A stretch of 62,092 nucleotides of DNA from Phoronis australis (GCA_002633005.1 NMRA01000914.1:9219-71310); one strand, 5' to 3'; shown: positions 26,501 through 37,986, numbered from the stretch's first letter. Made by a program: numbers and translations. The notes: generated by a model not told the origin, from the sequence alone.

Positions 26501-27434
26501 TGTAGGATCTTGTTTCTACCAAGGGCGTCGATATATGCACCAGGAGGTAATTAGTGAAAAAAATTGTATCCGTATATGGTGCCACCGAGGTCACGTTTTA
26601 AAAGATAAAATAGAAAGCTGCACAACATTTTTACAAATGATCACCACATCCGCTCCTGTAGGATCTTGTTTCTACAAAGGGCGTCGATATATGCACCAGG
26701 AGGTAATCAGTGTAAGGAACTGTATCCGAACACGGTGCCACCGAGGCCATGTTTTAACAGATAAAATAGCTGACTGCACAACAACTGCACAAATGACAAC
26801 CACATCTACTTCAACAACTCCACAAATGACTACCGTAACCCTTCCTATAGGTCCAGGATCTTGTGTCTACAAAGGCCGTCGATATAAGCACCAGGAAGAA
26901 ATCAGTGTACGAAACTGTGTTCGAACATGGTGCCACCGAGGCCACATTTTAAAAGATAAAATAGCTGACTGCACAACAACTCCACAAATGAGTATTACGT
27001 CCACTCTAGATGGATCTTGTGTCTACAAAGGGCGTCGATATATCGACGGTGAGGTAATCAGTGTGCGAAACTGTAAAAAAACATGGTGTCTTCGAGGTGA
27101 CGTTCTAAAGGATGAAGTACCTCACTGCACAACAACTCCACAAACGACAACCACGTCCGTCCCAGGGGGATCTTGTATCTTTAATGGGCGTCGATATATG
27201 AACGGTGAGGTGATCAATGTAAAAAATTGCATGCGTACGCGATGTCATAGAGGGCACATTTTCCGAGAAGAATTACCTGGCTGCACAACTACTCCACAAA
27301 CGACTACTACATCCCCCCTCAAAGGGTATTGCATCTATAATGGACGTCGATACATGCACCAGGAAACCATCTATGTAAAAGGCTGTTTGCGGAAGTTTTG
27401 TCATCGAGACCGAGTTATAATTGTCATAATCTGA
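23514..27434 (+). CDS. Secreted mucin-like repeat protein, ~1306 aa, 24 tandem Cys-rich (half-VWC/FnI-like) modules with Thr-rich linkers
   Basis: Uninterrupted ORF; ATG at 23514; hydrophobic leader LLLIFLAVVL; module consensus SCxYxGRRYMxxExIxxxNCIRxWCHRGHxLKDxIxxC-TTTPQMTTTS (~52 aa / 156 bp); N-terminal N-x-S/T sites; AATAAA downstream. Confidence 0.9.
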   Translation: MLGRETVLLLIFLAVVLEDALVLPLDTNNTNSSSAGNTSTSATSPGGPCFHLGRYYKDQETVNVINCTRTFCQRGSIVSKKISDCTNLPKGNTTAAPEGSCIYNGRQYLHLETINITQCIRTWCYRGQVLKNTIFTCTNTTQTTTPQTTTIDSNSCVYKGHRYKNMETTIVDWCIEIYCHRGHAFVYERIPGCSLTSTTTSTTIVPGSCIYNGHQYMDGELISVGNCVQTWCHQGHVLEDEIPDCTTNPQTTANTAPEGSCIYNGLRYMDGELIRLRNCIRTWCHGGHVLEEKIPYCTTPQMSTTSHPEGFCMYKGGQYMNGEVISVTKCIRTWCHRGHVLKDEILDCTTTTQTTTPPTTTIDPNSCVYKGHRYKHMETTIVDRCIKIYCHRGHAYVYERIPGCSLTSTTTSTTIFPGSCIYNGHQYMHAEVISVRNCIRTWCHQGHVIEDENPDCTTTPLIKTTSDPHGSCIYNGRRYMDGEVIIVQNCIQTWCHRGHILKDKIADCTTTPRMTTTSPVDGSCVYKGRRYMDGEEISVRNCIRIWCHRGRIFKDKIADCTTTPQMTTTSPVDGSCVYKDRRYMDGEEISVRNCIRTWCHRGHILKDKIADCTTTPQMTTTTAPVGSCFYQGRRYMHQEVISEKNCIRIWCHRGHVLKDKIPGCTTTPQMTTTSEPIGSCVYKGRRYMDGEEISVRNCIRIWCHRGRIFKDKIADCTTTPQMTTTSPVDGSCVYKGRRYMDGEEISVRNCIRTWCHRGYVLKDEIPGCTTTSQMTTTSALEGSCAYKGRRYMHQEVISVRNCIRTWCHRGYILNDEIPGCTTTPQMTTTSPPVGSCMYNGRRYMHQELITEKDCVQTWCNLGYVVTVPISDCTTTLLPSLSSTGRLGCYFQGQWYALGEMIIEEKCSYFKCDYSGYVLAYDNFNCMDSTTVTTSTAPVVTTSAPVGSCFYQGRRYMHQEVISEKNCIRIWCHRGHVLKDEIPGCTTTPQMTTTSAPVGSCFYQGRRYMHQEVISEKNCIRIWCHRGHVLKDKIESCTTFLQMITTSAPVGSCFYKGRRYMHQEVISVRNCIRTRCHRGHVLTDKIADCTTTAQMTTTSTSTTPQMTTVTLPIGPGSCVYKGRRYKHQEEISVRNCVRTWCHRGHILKDKIADCTTTPQMSITSTLDGSCVYKGRRYIDGEVISVRNCKKTWCLRGDVLKDEVPHCTTTPQTTTTSVPGGSCIFNGRRYMNGEVINVKNCMRTRCHRGHIFREELPGCTTTPQTTTTSPLKGYCIYNGRRYMHQETIYVKGCLRKFCHRDRVIIVII

Positions 27435-27640
27435 GAAGTTCGGGTAAACATGTCTACATGATATATCATCCATGTGTTTAGTTTACATATACGGTGCAAT
27501 GGTGAACATAACGGGATTTTCAGTTCAAACTTCGCGCCGCTGCATGGAAAAAGAGACTACGCTGATTTTCAGGATATTTAGACCGTGTTGGCAATCGTGA
27601 ATTTTCACATTTTCTTTTAATCGGTAAAGGAGCATGGGGA

Positions 27641-27646
27641 AATAAA
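27641..27646 (+). promoter_or_regulatory. Putative polyadenylation signal of the repeat-protein gene
   Basis: AATAAA about 207 nt after the stop codon, followed by T/GT-rich sequence; same site in the duplicate. Confidence 0.5.
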
Positions 27647-28388
27647 GCTATTTTATGGTCACAGCCTGGGTAGTTTTATACTTTGTGACATTCAGGATGT
27701 GAAATACAGATACAGATTCCGATACACACTTTGTAAATTGACTTTGGTTTTGCTATTACCTAAGCCATTATTAATGGTAAATTGGAAACAGCTTTTCATA
27801 GTTTCGGGATTTTCCGAATATAATGTCAGATACCAATTACAATACGTAAATTAGTTTAAATTTGTTGATGCATGAACATACATTTATGGACAGTTTCTTT
27901 GATTCTTTGAAAAGTGCTATTGAACACCGCCACCTAACGTCTACAGCACTATGGTTCACGTCGTAAACAGACGCTCGTTTACTATCTTCACGTCTGTACA
28001 TCTCAAAATCGATGTTATGAATCATCTACAACACCTGTCTTGCATAGTACATCGTCTGTGAACAGTCACGTATCTTGCTAAATAGAGCAATATGATTTTT
28101 ACTTCGGTCATCTCGCCAGGTTTTAGGTACCTGTAATCAACGTGCTCCCAATTTTTGATGTGATAGAGGTCTTTCTTCAGTTCTTAACGTTGTGTCTAAA
28201 TAATTTGCAGAAACTGAGGCCAAGACGTGGACTGCGCTACACATTTTTCTCCAGTAAATCAATAATGTGATCGTTACGTACCATAGACGCGAGAGATAGC
28301 GAGATCAAGAGATCACGCAAGACTTCGTAAAATATCGCCATGCACTGCGAAGCTTTTGTGAAACATTCTGAAAGAGGAACTGATGAGC

Positions 28389-28648
28389 NNNNNNNNNNNN
28401 NNNNNNNNNNNNNNNNNNNNNNNNNNNNNNNNNNNNNNNNNNNNNNNNNNNNNNNNNNNNNNNNNNNNNNNNNNNNNNNNNNNNNNNNNNNNNNNNNNNN
28501 NNNNNNNNNNNNNNNNNNNNNNNNNNNNNNNNNNNNNNNNNNNNNNNNNNNNNNNNNNNNNNNNNNNNNNNNNNNNNNNNNNNNNNNNNNNNNNNNNNNN
28601 NNNNNNNNNNNNNNNNNNNNNNNNNNNNNNNNNNNNNNNNNNNNNNNN
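28389..28648. other. Assembly gap; corresponds to 34026-34840 of the duplicated block
   Basis: Flanks ...CTGATGAGC and TGAATTTATAAATT... match 34025 and 34841. Confidence 0.9.
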
Positions 28649-28999
28649 TGAATTTATAAATTAAGGTTTACCAACTATTATAGCTTAAAACACGTTTTTT
28701 TCACGCTAAGCTTCGACCGGGAAATTATCGTCTGCTAAAGTAGGTTACCACTGGTAACTGAATATAATTCTCAAGTCAAAGATCCTGACGACACGATACC
28801 CGCATTTAAACTGGAGATCGGTGATTTACAAGTAAGAGGACATGAGATAAAAATTTCACTGAATTAAGATATCATTTTTATGGAAATTATGTGTCTTATT
28901 TTTCGTAGCGTATAAGCACAGTACAACGCGGTTTGGTGAACATGCGATTATTGCGCGTGCTCATTTAAGTATTCTATTTTCACTCTTGATGACGTCAGT

Positions 29000-29060
29000 C
29001 GCTGCATGGTCTAATGGTAAAGTCGGCGACCAGCAATTCCAGGGTTCGACTCCGTCCTCA
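29000..29060 (+). mobile_element. Degenerate tRNA-derived (SINE-head-like) sequence
   Basis: A-box-like TGGTCTAATGG (29007-29017) and B-box GGTTCGACTCC (29043-29053); no convincing cloverleaf. Confidence 0.4.
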
Positions 29061-29489
29061 GTTTCCCGCCAAATCGTTATCTCACTAGTGAGATAACTTT
29101 ATGGGTTATTACACGGTTGTATCTGCCATTCGACGCTAATATTGTGGTATAAGAAACTTTATTACCCACTCAGTTCACGTCACACTATAACATAAATGCA
29201 AATACATAATTAAACTGAAATACACAAAAATGACACTTTGAATTTTCCAGTCAAAATGCATCTTAGGCGAGAAATTTTTGTTGCGTATTTGAGGCCTACT
29301 TTGCGTCAGATTTGTCGAATCTTATTACTGAATATTGTTTATGAGGAAAAAAAGTGAAATGTCATTAGGAAACTCGAATGAAGAGTTATTTCCCGATAAA
29401 AGTTAGACAAGTACTCATCCTCTTGAGTTCACTCATTAGAATTGCCTTTGCTTAACTGCACCACTTGCCTTGTCTGTTCAGCACTTTCT

Positions 29490-29746
29490 CTAGACAACAG
29501 CTTTACAAGCACCAATGAGAACCAAAACCCTAATGATTAGAAATAAAGTAACATGTCCTTGTAACTTAGTCGAACGACTAGTGGTCGTTTTACCATCCTT
29601 TGAGTCCAGTTCCTGATACGTGTATGATCCACACCTGGGAAATCCTTTGGGCACAGCGGGCAAGTCTTTCGTGTCACCCACCTTGAAGACCAAGCCCATT
29701 CCCACCTCAACGTGCCACTCCAAATGGCAATGAAAGAACCAATAAC
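29490..29746 (-). CDS. Laccase-type multicopper oxidase, cassette B terminal exon (B4)
   Basis: Acceptor ttttgtag|. [24 protein letters not shown]...[21 protein letters not shown]: L4 copper motif plus hydrophobic tail; paralog of 48943-49205. Confidence 0.8.
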
Positions 29747-30449
29747 CTACAAAAAGGACGGTAACTAAGAAAATCTTTACAATCGATACATGATTTTATT
29801 TACTGAGCCAGTATTTAACCGGGTATATTGGCGAGTTGGATTATTTACATTCCTCATATAACAGCACTGACATATAGCTATAGACACAACTTTCAACAGA
29901 TCATTAAAATCGCATCAGCCAAATTGAAAACGTTATGGAACGATGAAAACGAGTGAAGTCACATTCGGGGGGTTAAATAAAGCTTTACTGCATTTTAAAA
30001 TTGTTTGCTCTGTTTCGGGAATTACTCAATCAAAATGCACGGTTCTTTCCCATGATGCTTTATGATTGGTCAAAAGAAAAGTCAAATTCGAGGCTTAGAA
30101 TGTTAGCAGTATTGCCGGTGTTGGGGAAGCTCATTGCTGTAATTACTACTAAGATGTGCTTATAAGTTTAGCGATTGTCATTACATATTCGGCATGTGTA
30201 ATGAAAAACTTAGTACTCCGTCTTGCCTTGATGGAACTTAGAATTCCCACAATTCACTATCGAATTGGTCCTTGCAAGTAAACCAAAAAACAGAGGGACA
30301 ACTGTGCTGACGAATTCCCAAGTTGTTATAACAGTTTTTTTTTTTTTTGATACTCTGACGTTTCAAAACAAGCCACGCCTGGAGAGATTCTTGCATCATA
30401 ACAACAGAATTGCAAATCAAAAAATTTGCACTAGTTTGTATCAGTACTT

Positions 30450-31723
30450 TCCACCTCTTGAGCAGTAGAGGTACAGTGAGTAATTGATTTTATCTGTTGA
30501 ATCTAGGGCAAGCAGTTTGGTGGCAGTTACTCAGTGGGGGAAATCTAGTTCTCAAAATCTTAGCTATATAAGTGGTCATATCATTGTTACAGGGCAATAG
30601 ACTATGAATGGGGTCTCCTCAAAATCATCCCTGCACCTTGCTAGCGTCCGTGTTGAAAAGTTAACGTGGGAATTCAAGTTAACTGGTCGGAAAACAGTTT
30701 GAAGTCTGTGACTTCAATTTGAGATACAGCCACATTTTGTCATATCTATGTAATCCGTTGAAAATGTCAATCAATGTTCTGCATGCACTACCAATACTAG
30801 CAATTTGTGTGATTGTCATGTGTTTAAAGAGGTCACCCCTACATCAGATAAAACAAAACGAGTCAAGCAGCAGTAACAGCATGATCAGAGAACTAAAACA
30901 CCTGCACAGGAATGGACTTTCAATGATCAATCACTTCACGTCTACGTATGCTTTGAAGTCAAAACAGGAAACACTCTTTTTACCAATCCACTCGAACCGG
31001 TTTTACCATAACTGCATGTGTTTTCCAATCGCATGTCGTTAATTCCTTTTGTCAGTATCCATTTGCAAACAAGTTATTAGTTTGACAGGTAATAAAATTG
31101 GAACCCTACGATAAAATACCTTTGCAAAGTATCACTAAAACGATATCCTACATTTAATGCTGGATATTTTACGCACTGAATGTTCATTAAATGGATAACC
31201 GACTTTTTTTTGAAAACAACACTGTTTTGTAGGTGACGTGACATCAAGAGGATGGTTGTTGGAAACATCATTCCCCTTCATGTTGAGGTCATGTTTAAAA
31301 TTCAACTCAAAAGCAGTGCCATTCGCCTATAGCAACGTGAGTGTAACGTTTTCCCCGTGCCGTGGATAGGTGGGCGCAGGTTGTAACTGACTGCTGTTAA
31401 TAGCTTTCGGTGCGACGATGGACTGAACACTGGCTAGAGTTAATTATTCCCTTAATCTCGACCGTATGTTCGCAAGTCAACGCAAACAAAATGTCCTACG
31501 TAAAGTCTGTTCTATGCTCCAGCCATTGCTGCAAAGCCTTGACTGCAAAAGGTACCCGCTCATCCAAAACCTTTACGGCTAACAGATGGCGCTTTTCATC
31601 AATCACGTGTCATTTTATCGCTCAAGTAAGACTGTCTGCCAGAGAATCTTTACCAAGAACCTTGACCTACATTCTGCTGCTGCTGACTGTAACCACAGGT
31701 CACGAGAGTTCATAAACCAGACA
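30450..31723. repeat. Essentially exact duplicate of 35000-36273 (likely contig overlap)
   Basis: Same sequence at offset 4550; identical ORFs in the track; single-N junctions at 31724 and 34999. Confidence 0.9.
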
Positions 31724-31724
31724 N

Positions 31725-33071
31725 GAAAAAAATTGTATCCGCATATGGTGCCACCGAGGTCACGTTTTAGAGGATGAAATACCTGGCTGCACAACAACTC
31801 CACAAATGACTACCACATCCGAACCTGTAGGATCTTGTATCTACAAAGGGCTTCGATATATGCACCAGGAGGTAATTAGTGAAAAAAATTGTATCCGTAT
31901 ATGGTGCCACCGAGGTCACATTTTAAAGGATGAAATACCTGGTTGCACAACAACTCCACAAATGACTACTACATCCGCTCCTGTAGGATCTTGTATCTAC
32001 AAAGGGCGTCGATATATGCATCAGGAGGTAATTAGTGAAAAAAATTGCATCCGTATATGGTGCCACCTAGGTCACGTTTTAAAAGATACTATACCTGGCT
32101 GCACAACTACCCCACAAATGACTACCACATCCGAAGCTGTAGGATCTTGTATCTACAAAGGGCTTCGATATATGCACCAGGAGGTAATTAGTGAAAAAAA
32201 TTGTATCCGTAAATGGTGCCACCGAGGTCACGTTTTAAAAGATAAAATAACTGGCTGCACAACTACTCCACAAATGACTACCACATCCGCTCCTATGGGA
32301 TCTTGTTTCTACAAGGGGCGTCGATATATGCACCAGGAGGTAATTAGTGAAAAAAAATGTAACCGTATATGGTGTCACCGAGGCCACGTTTTAAAACATG
32401 AAATAACTGGTTGCACAACAACTGCACAAATGACAACCACATCTACTTCAACAACTCCACAAATGACTACCATTACCCTTCCTATAGGTCCAGGATCTTG
32501 TGTCTACAAAGGCCGTCGATATAAGCATCATCAAGAAATCAGTGTACGAAACTGTGTTCGAACATGGTGCCACCGAGGCCACATTTTAAAAGATAAAATA
32601 GCTGACTGCACAACAACTCCACAAATGACTAGTACGTCCCCTCTAGATGGATCTTGTGTCTACAAAGGGCGTCGATATATCGACGGTGAGATAATCACTT
32701 TGCAAAACTGCATAAAAACATGGTGTCATCGAGGTCACGTTCTAAAGGATGAAGTACCTCACTGCACAACAACTCCACAAACGACAACCACGTCCGTCCC
32801 AGGGGGATCTTGTATCTTCAATGGGCGTCGATATGTGAACGGTGAGGTGGTCAGTGTAAAAAATTGCATGCGTACGCGATGTCATAGAGGGCACATTTTC
32901 CGAGAAGAATTACCTGGCTGCACAACTACTCCTCAAACGACTACTACATCCCCCCTCAAAGGGTATTGCATCTATAATGGACGTCGATACATGCACCAGG
33001 AAACCATCTATGTAAAAGGCTGTTTGCGGAAGTTTTGTCATCGAGATCGCGTTATAATTGTCATAATCTGA
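31725..33071 (+). CDS. 5'-truncated second version (allele or paralog) of the repeat protein
   Basis: Starts right after the N at 31724; same C-terminus ...KFCHRDRVIIVII*; 3' flank 33072-34025 near-identical to 27435-28388; different module number. Confidence 0.65.
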   Translation, partial: EKNCIRIWCHRGHVLEDEIPGCTTTPQMTTTSEPVGSCIYKGLRYMHQEVISEKNCIRIWCHRGHILKDEIPGCTTTPQMTTTSAPVGSCIYKGRRYMHQEVISEKNCIRIWCHLGHVLKDTIPGCTTTPQMTTTSEAVGSCIYKGLRYMHQEVISEKNCIRKWCHRGHVLKDKITGCTTTPQMTTTSAPMGSCFYKGRRYMHQEVISEKKCNRIWCHRGHVLKHEITGCTTTAQMTTTSTSTTPQMTTITLPIGPGSCVYKGRRYKHHQEISVRNCVRTWCHRGHILKDKIADCTTTPQMTSTSPLDGSCVYKGRRYIDGEIITLQNCIKTWCHRGHVLKDEVPHCTTTPQTTTTSVPGGSCIFNGRRYVNGEVVSVKNCMRTRCHRGHIFREELPGCTTTPQTTTTSPLKGYCIYNGRRYMHQETIYVKGCLRKFCHRDRVIIVII

Positions 33072-34500
33072 GAAGTTCGGGTAAACGTGTCTACATGATA
33101 TATCATCCATGTGTTTAGTTTACATATACGGTGCAATGGTGAACATAACGGGATTTTCAGTTCAAACTTCGCGCCGCTGCATGGAAAAAGAGACTACGCT
33201 GATTTTCAGGATATTTAGATCGTGTTGGCAATCGTGAATTTTCACATTTTCTTTTAATCGGTAAAGGAGCATGGGGAAATAAAGCTATTTTATGGTCACA
33301 GCCTGGGTAGTTTTATGCTTTGTGACATTCAGGATGTGAAATACAGATACAGATTCCGATACACACTTTGTAAATTGACTTTGGTTTTGCTATTACCTAA
33401 GCCATTATTAATGGTAAATTGGAAACAGCTTTTCATAGTTTCGGGATTTTCCGAATATAATGTCAGATACCAATTACAATACGTAAATTAGTTTAAATTT
33501 GTTGATGCATGAACATACATTTATGGACAGTTTCTTTGATTCTTTGAAAAGTGCTATTGAACACCGCCACCTAACGTCTACAGCACTATGGTTCACGTCG
33601 TAAACAGACGCTCGTTTACTATCTTCACGTCTGTACATCTCAAAATCGATGTTATGAATCATCTACAACACCTGTCTTGCATAGTACATCGTCTGTGAAC
33701 AGTCACGTATCTTGCTAAATAGAGCAATATGATTTTTACTTCGGTCATCTCGCCAGGTTTTAGGTACCTGTAATCAACGTGCTCCCAATTTTTGATGTGA
33801 TAGAGGTCTTTCTTCAGTTCTTAACGTTGTGTCTAAATAATTTGCAGAAACTGAGGCCAAGACGTGGACTGCGCTACACATTTTTCTCCAGTAAATCAAT
33901 AATGTGATCGTTACGTACCATAGACGCGAGAGATAGCGAGATCAAGAGATCACGCAAGACTTCGTAAAATATCGCCATGCACTGCGAAGCTTTTGTGAAA
34001 CATTCTGAAAGAGGAACTGATGAGCCGAGTAAAGCGTCAACGCGTTTGTGCCATAGTTAACTTAAACAATTGCTGCGTTTTTTCTATCAATTTATATTCA
34101 TTATGTGTTCCCCTTTGACTAATAACATTTTTTGTAATACATCTGAAAACTGAGCCCTCATTTCAAAGAAAACAGTTTGCTCCTTAAACATTAAATGCAT
34201 GACATTTCTGTTTGCAGCATGGGCGGGGCTTATTGCGATCAGTACATACATTTGCATACACCACAGGTAACAGAAAGTAGTAGTACGTACGTCATTACAG
34301 TAACATGGATGATCTCAAACAATAGCGAATTGCTAATTTTTTTGGAGCCCTGAACTCATGTCTAATTTGACTATGGAGTAATTGAGAATAATTTTATAAC
34401 GGTAAGTGGGCTATGTCAAAAGCTAATTTTTGTTTTTGTAATGGAATGCGAGTTTATAGCCTCCTAAAGCAAACATCACTATTGCGAATAGAAATATATG

Positions 34501-34644
34501 TAGTTTATTACATGGCGAAGTCGTTATCCCCCATTATCTAGAGCCCGAGTGGGTTTTGGGCGTTAGCCCCGAGGGTGATAATTCTCCAAAATTCAATTGG
34601 GCTCTAGATAAGGGGGATAACGGCTGAAAACATGTAATAATCTA
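34501..34644. mobile_element. Palindromic (hairpin) MITE; related partial copy at about 38760-38833
   Basis: TTATTACATG...GTTATCCCC..TTATCTAGAGCCC / GGGCTCTAGATAA.GGGGATAAC...CATGTAATAA. Confidence 0.7.
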
Positions 34645-36094
34645 TTTATACCACATACTAAACGAGAAACATTCCAATGAATCGATTTACCTTTTCTGAC
34701 TCTCCACGGCTTTGTAACTACTTTCTATGTCAGATGCCCGGGGTAGGAGGTCGTGACCTTTTAAGAAAAGCCAGGCTATTTTTGTCAAATAATGCTTTTA
34801 CTCAAAACCAACTGAAAACTTAAATATAATAGAAATAAATTGAATTTATAAATTAAGGTTTACCAACTATTATAGCTTAAAACACGTTTTTTTCACGCTA
34901 AGCTTCGACCGGGAAATTATCGTCTGCTAAAGTAGGTTACCACTGGTAACTGAATATAATTCTCAAGTCAAAGATCCTGACGACACGATACCCGCATTNT
35001 CCACCTCTTGAGCAGTAGAGGTACAGTGAGTAATTGATTTTATCTGTTGAATCTAGGGCAAGCAGTTTGGTGGCAGTTACTCAGTGGGGGAAATCTAGTT
35101 CTCAAAATCTTAGCTATATAAGTGGTCATATCATTGTTACAGGGCAATAGACTATGAATGGGGTCTCCTCAAAATCATCCCTGCACCTTGCTAGCGTCCG
35201 TGTTGAAAAGTTAACGTGGGAATTCAAGTTAACTGGTCGGAAAACAGTTTGAAGTCTGTGACTTCAATTTGAGATACAGCCACATTTTGTCATATCTATG
35301 TAATCCGTTGAAAATGTCAATCAATGTTCTGCATGCACTACCAATACTAGCAATTTGTGTGATTGTCATGTGTTTAAAGAGGTCACCCCTACATCAGATA
35401 AAACAAAACGAGTCAAGCAGCAGTAACAGCATGATCAGAGAACTAAAACACCTGCACAGGAATGGACTTTCAATGATCAATCACTTCACGTCTACGTATG
35501 CTTTGAAGTCAAAACAGGAAACACTCTTTTTACCAATCCACTCGAACCGGTTTTACCATAACTGCATGTGTTTTCCAATCGCATGTCGTTAATTCCTTTT
35601 GTCAGTATCCATTTGCAAACAAGTTATTAGTTTGACAGGTAATAAAATTGGAACCCTACGATAAAATACCTTTGCAAAGTATCACTAAAACGATATCCTA
35701 CATTTAATGCTGGATATTTTACGCACTGAATGTTCATTAAATGGATAACCGACTTTTTTTTGAAAACAACACTGTTTTGTAGGTGACGTGACATCAAGAG
35801 GATGGTTGTTGGAAACATCATTCCCCTTCATGTTGAGGTCATGTTTAAAATTCAACTCAAAAGCAGTGCCATTCGCCTATAGCAACGTGAGTGTAACGTT
35901 TTCCCCGTGCCGTGGATAGGTGGGCGCAGGTTGTAACTGACTGCTGTTAATAGCTTTCGGTGCGACGATGGACTGAACACTGGCTAGAGTTAATTATTCC
36001 CTTAATCTCGACCGTATGTTCGCAAGTCAACGCAAACAAAATGTCCTACGTAAAGTCTGTTCTATGCTCCAGCCATTGCTGCAAAGCCTTGACT

Positions 36095-36870
36095 GCAAAA
36101 GGTACCCGCTCATCCAAAACCTTTACGGCTAACAGATGGCGCTTTTCATCAATCACGTGTCATTTTATCGCTCAAGTAAGACTGTCTGCCAGAGAATCTT
36201 TACCAAGAACCTTGACCTACATTCTGCTGCTGCTGACTGTAACCACAGGTCACGAGAGTTCATAAACCAGACAGTGTATGTCCTGATGAGTGGCGAATTT
36301 GTGTGGAAAAGAAATCTTTGTGTCCGACATTCCATGTTTAAAACCCCATTTGTAACAACTATTTATTAACATATAATTAAGATGAAAGTGTTAAGAATAT
36401 ACACTGTTGTGGTTGCTCGGCCTAAACGCTGGGGTAAAATACACATTCAATGAACGTGACCATGGTGAGGCTACTAAACCGGCCCGGCCACTTTTCCGCC
36501 CGGCGAGATTTTGGCAACTTCACAACCATAATTTTAATTAGGTTGAAATATAACCACTATCATATTTTTTAAATTATGCTTGAATTATACATGGTGATAT
36601 ACATGTTAGGTTTTATTCTCTGCGATATTTTCTTTTTCGTTCAGTGTCTCGTTAGCCAACAACACTGAGCCCAGCAGACCGGACTGGCACGACACGGCAG
36701 CTGATGGTTCACCAAGTAGAAACGTCTGTATTTTATGTTCTATCAACACAAGATTCAGTTCACACAAGAATGTCACATGACTGTAAGCAGCGCTCCCTGT
36801 TAGTAAAGCATCATTGCATCCAGCGCCATCTGTTTGCCGTAAAGGTTTTGGATGAGCGGGTACCTTTTGC
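36095..36870. mobile_element. Non-autonomous Mutator(MULE)-like element, 776 bp
   Basis: TIR of about 50 bp (GCAAAAGGTACCCGCTCATCCAAAACCTTTACGGC...; perfect over 35 bp); perfect 9-bp TSD GCCTTGACT (36086-36094, 36871-36879). Confidence 0.88.
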
Positions 36871-37317
36871 GCCTTGACTTGTGATGAACTCTTCAGTCAC
36901 TTCCAGCACTGGTTACAATCGTTGGTTCAATGGCCTGTTGTCTCTATAGTTGGCTAAGTCTCACCCCTAGAACTTTGCGCCGCATTGCTTGATGTTGAAG
37001 TGGCTGATATTGTCTTTTCGTGTGTTGGCCGGACTGAATTTCCTCAATGTCATCTACCTCACTGATATTCGTAGTTCTCGGTTACTTGAACAACCAATCG
37101 AAGCGATGTTGGCGGATCACAGGAAACAGAGATTAGTCTGACCCGTCGCGTGCTAGATTCCTTACTTCTCACACCCAAACAGGAAGAACCGCACACACGA
37201 AGTCGTAAGTGGACTTTGATGTCAGAAATTACAGCGCTTTGGAATGTGTGACATATCGTCCCTGTTTCATATGTCGTGGACATGCTACTGCTAAGTCCCA
37301 CAATGCCGTTGGGCCAG

Positions 37318-37986
37318 GGAACCGTTTCGTGGAAACTGACTTAAGACTTAAGACATAAAAGCAAAACTTTGTCTAAGCTAAGACCGAAATTCGAGCTAAG
37401 TTGAGACCGAATTCAAAACTAATTATTCATGTCGGATTTTGGCCTTCAGTGTTTACTCAGACAGAGATTAAGTCGCCTTTCGACATAGGTGAGCATACAA
37501 ACTACCCTTTCGCCACCTGTTGCGTCTTCATAAAACTAAGTGAGGCGGTGCGTGGAATACGGTTTCAAGAATAATTTTGGTCTTGAAACTCTAAATGGGG
37601 TTCTACTTACCTTTTGAACACAATTGGGACCTCGCTTGCTTAATAAGACACAGGTACAACTGGAAAATGTCATTTTATATGTTCTGGTTAGTTGCACTCA
37701 TTACCGCCCAGTTCTCTAATCGGAAGCAGATGATCTTCACTTTGATATTGTTTAGGGACAGTAGATTGTGAAAAATAACAACGAAATTTGTTCTTCAACA
37801 ATTGACAGTGAAAACAGTGTCAAGTTTTAGACCAAAACCACAACTTTAAGCCTATTCCGTAGCAAGCCAACTGTTGGTCTTAATTTTTAGACTTGAGAAA
37901 TTTCATGAAAGGGGATTAGGACATTTTGGTCTGAAGTTACTCCGATTTTGGTCAAAGTTAAGACAGAAAAATGGCATGAAACGGGA
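37318..37986. mobile_element. Possible PIF/Harbinger-type MITE
   Basis: Degenerate termini GGAACCGTTTCGTG ... CATGAAACGGGA, with CAG on both sides; internal TAAGAC repeats. Confidence 0.35.

Noticed and set aside
29000-29060. Functional tRNA gene
   Set aside because: A and B boxes are present but there is no acceptor or anticodon stem; kept only as a SINE-like remnant.
30719-31715. ORFs of 101-107 aa present twice (also 35269-36265)
   Set aside because: Identity comes from the probable assembly overlap; no recognisable domains; one overlaps a MULE TIR.
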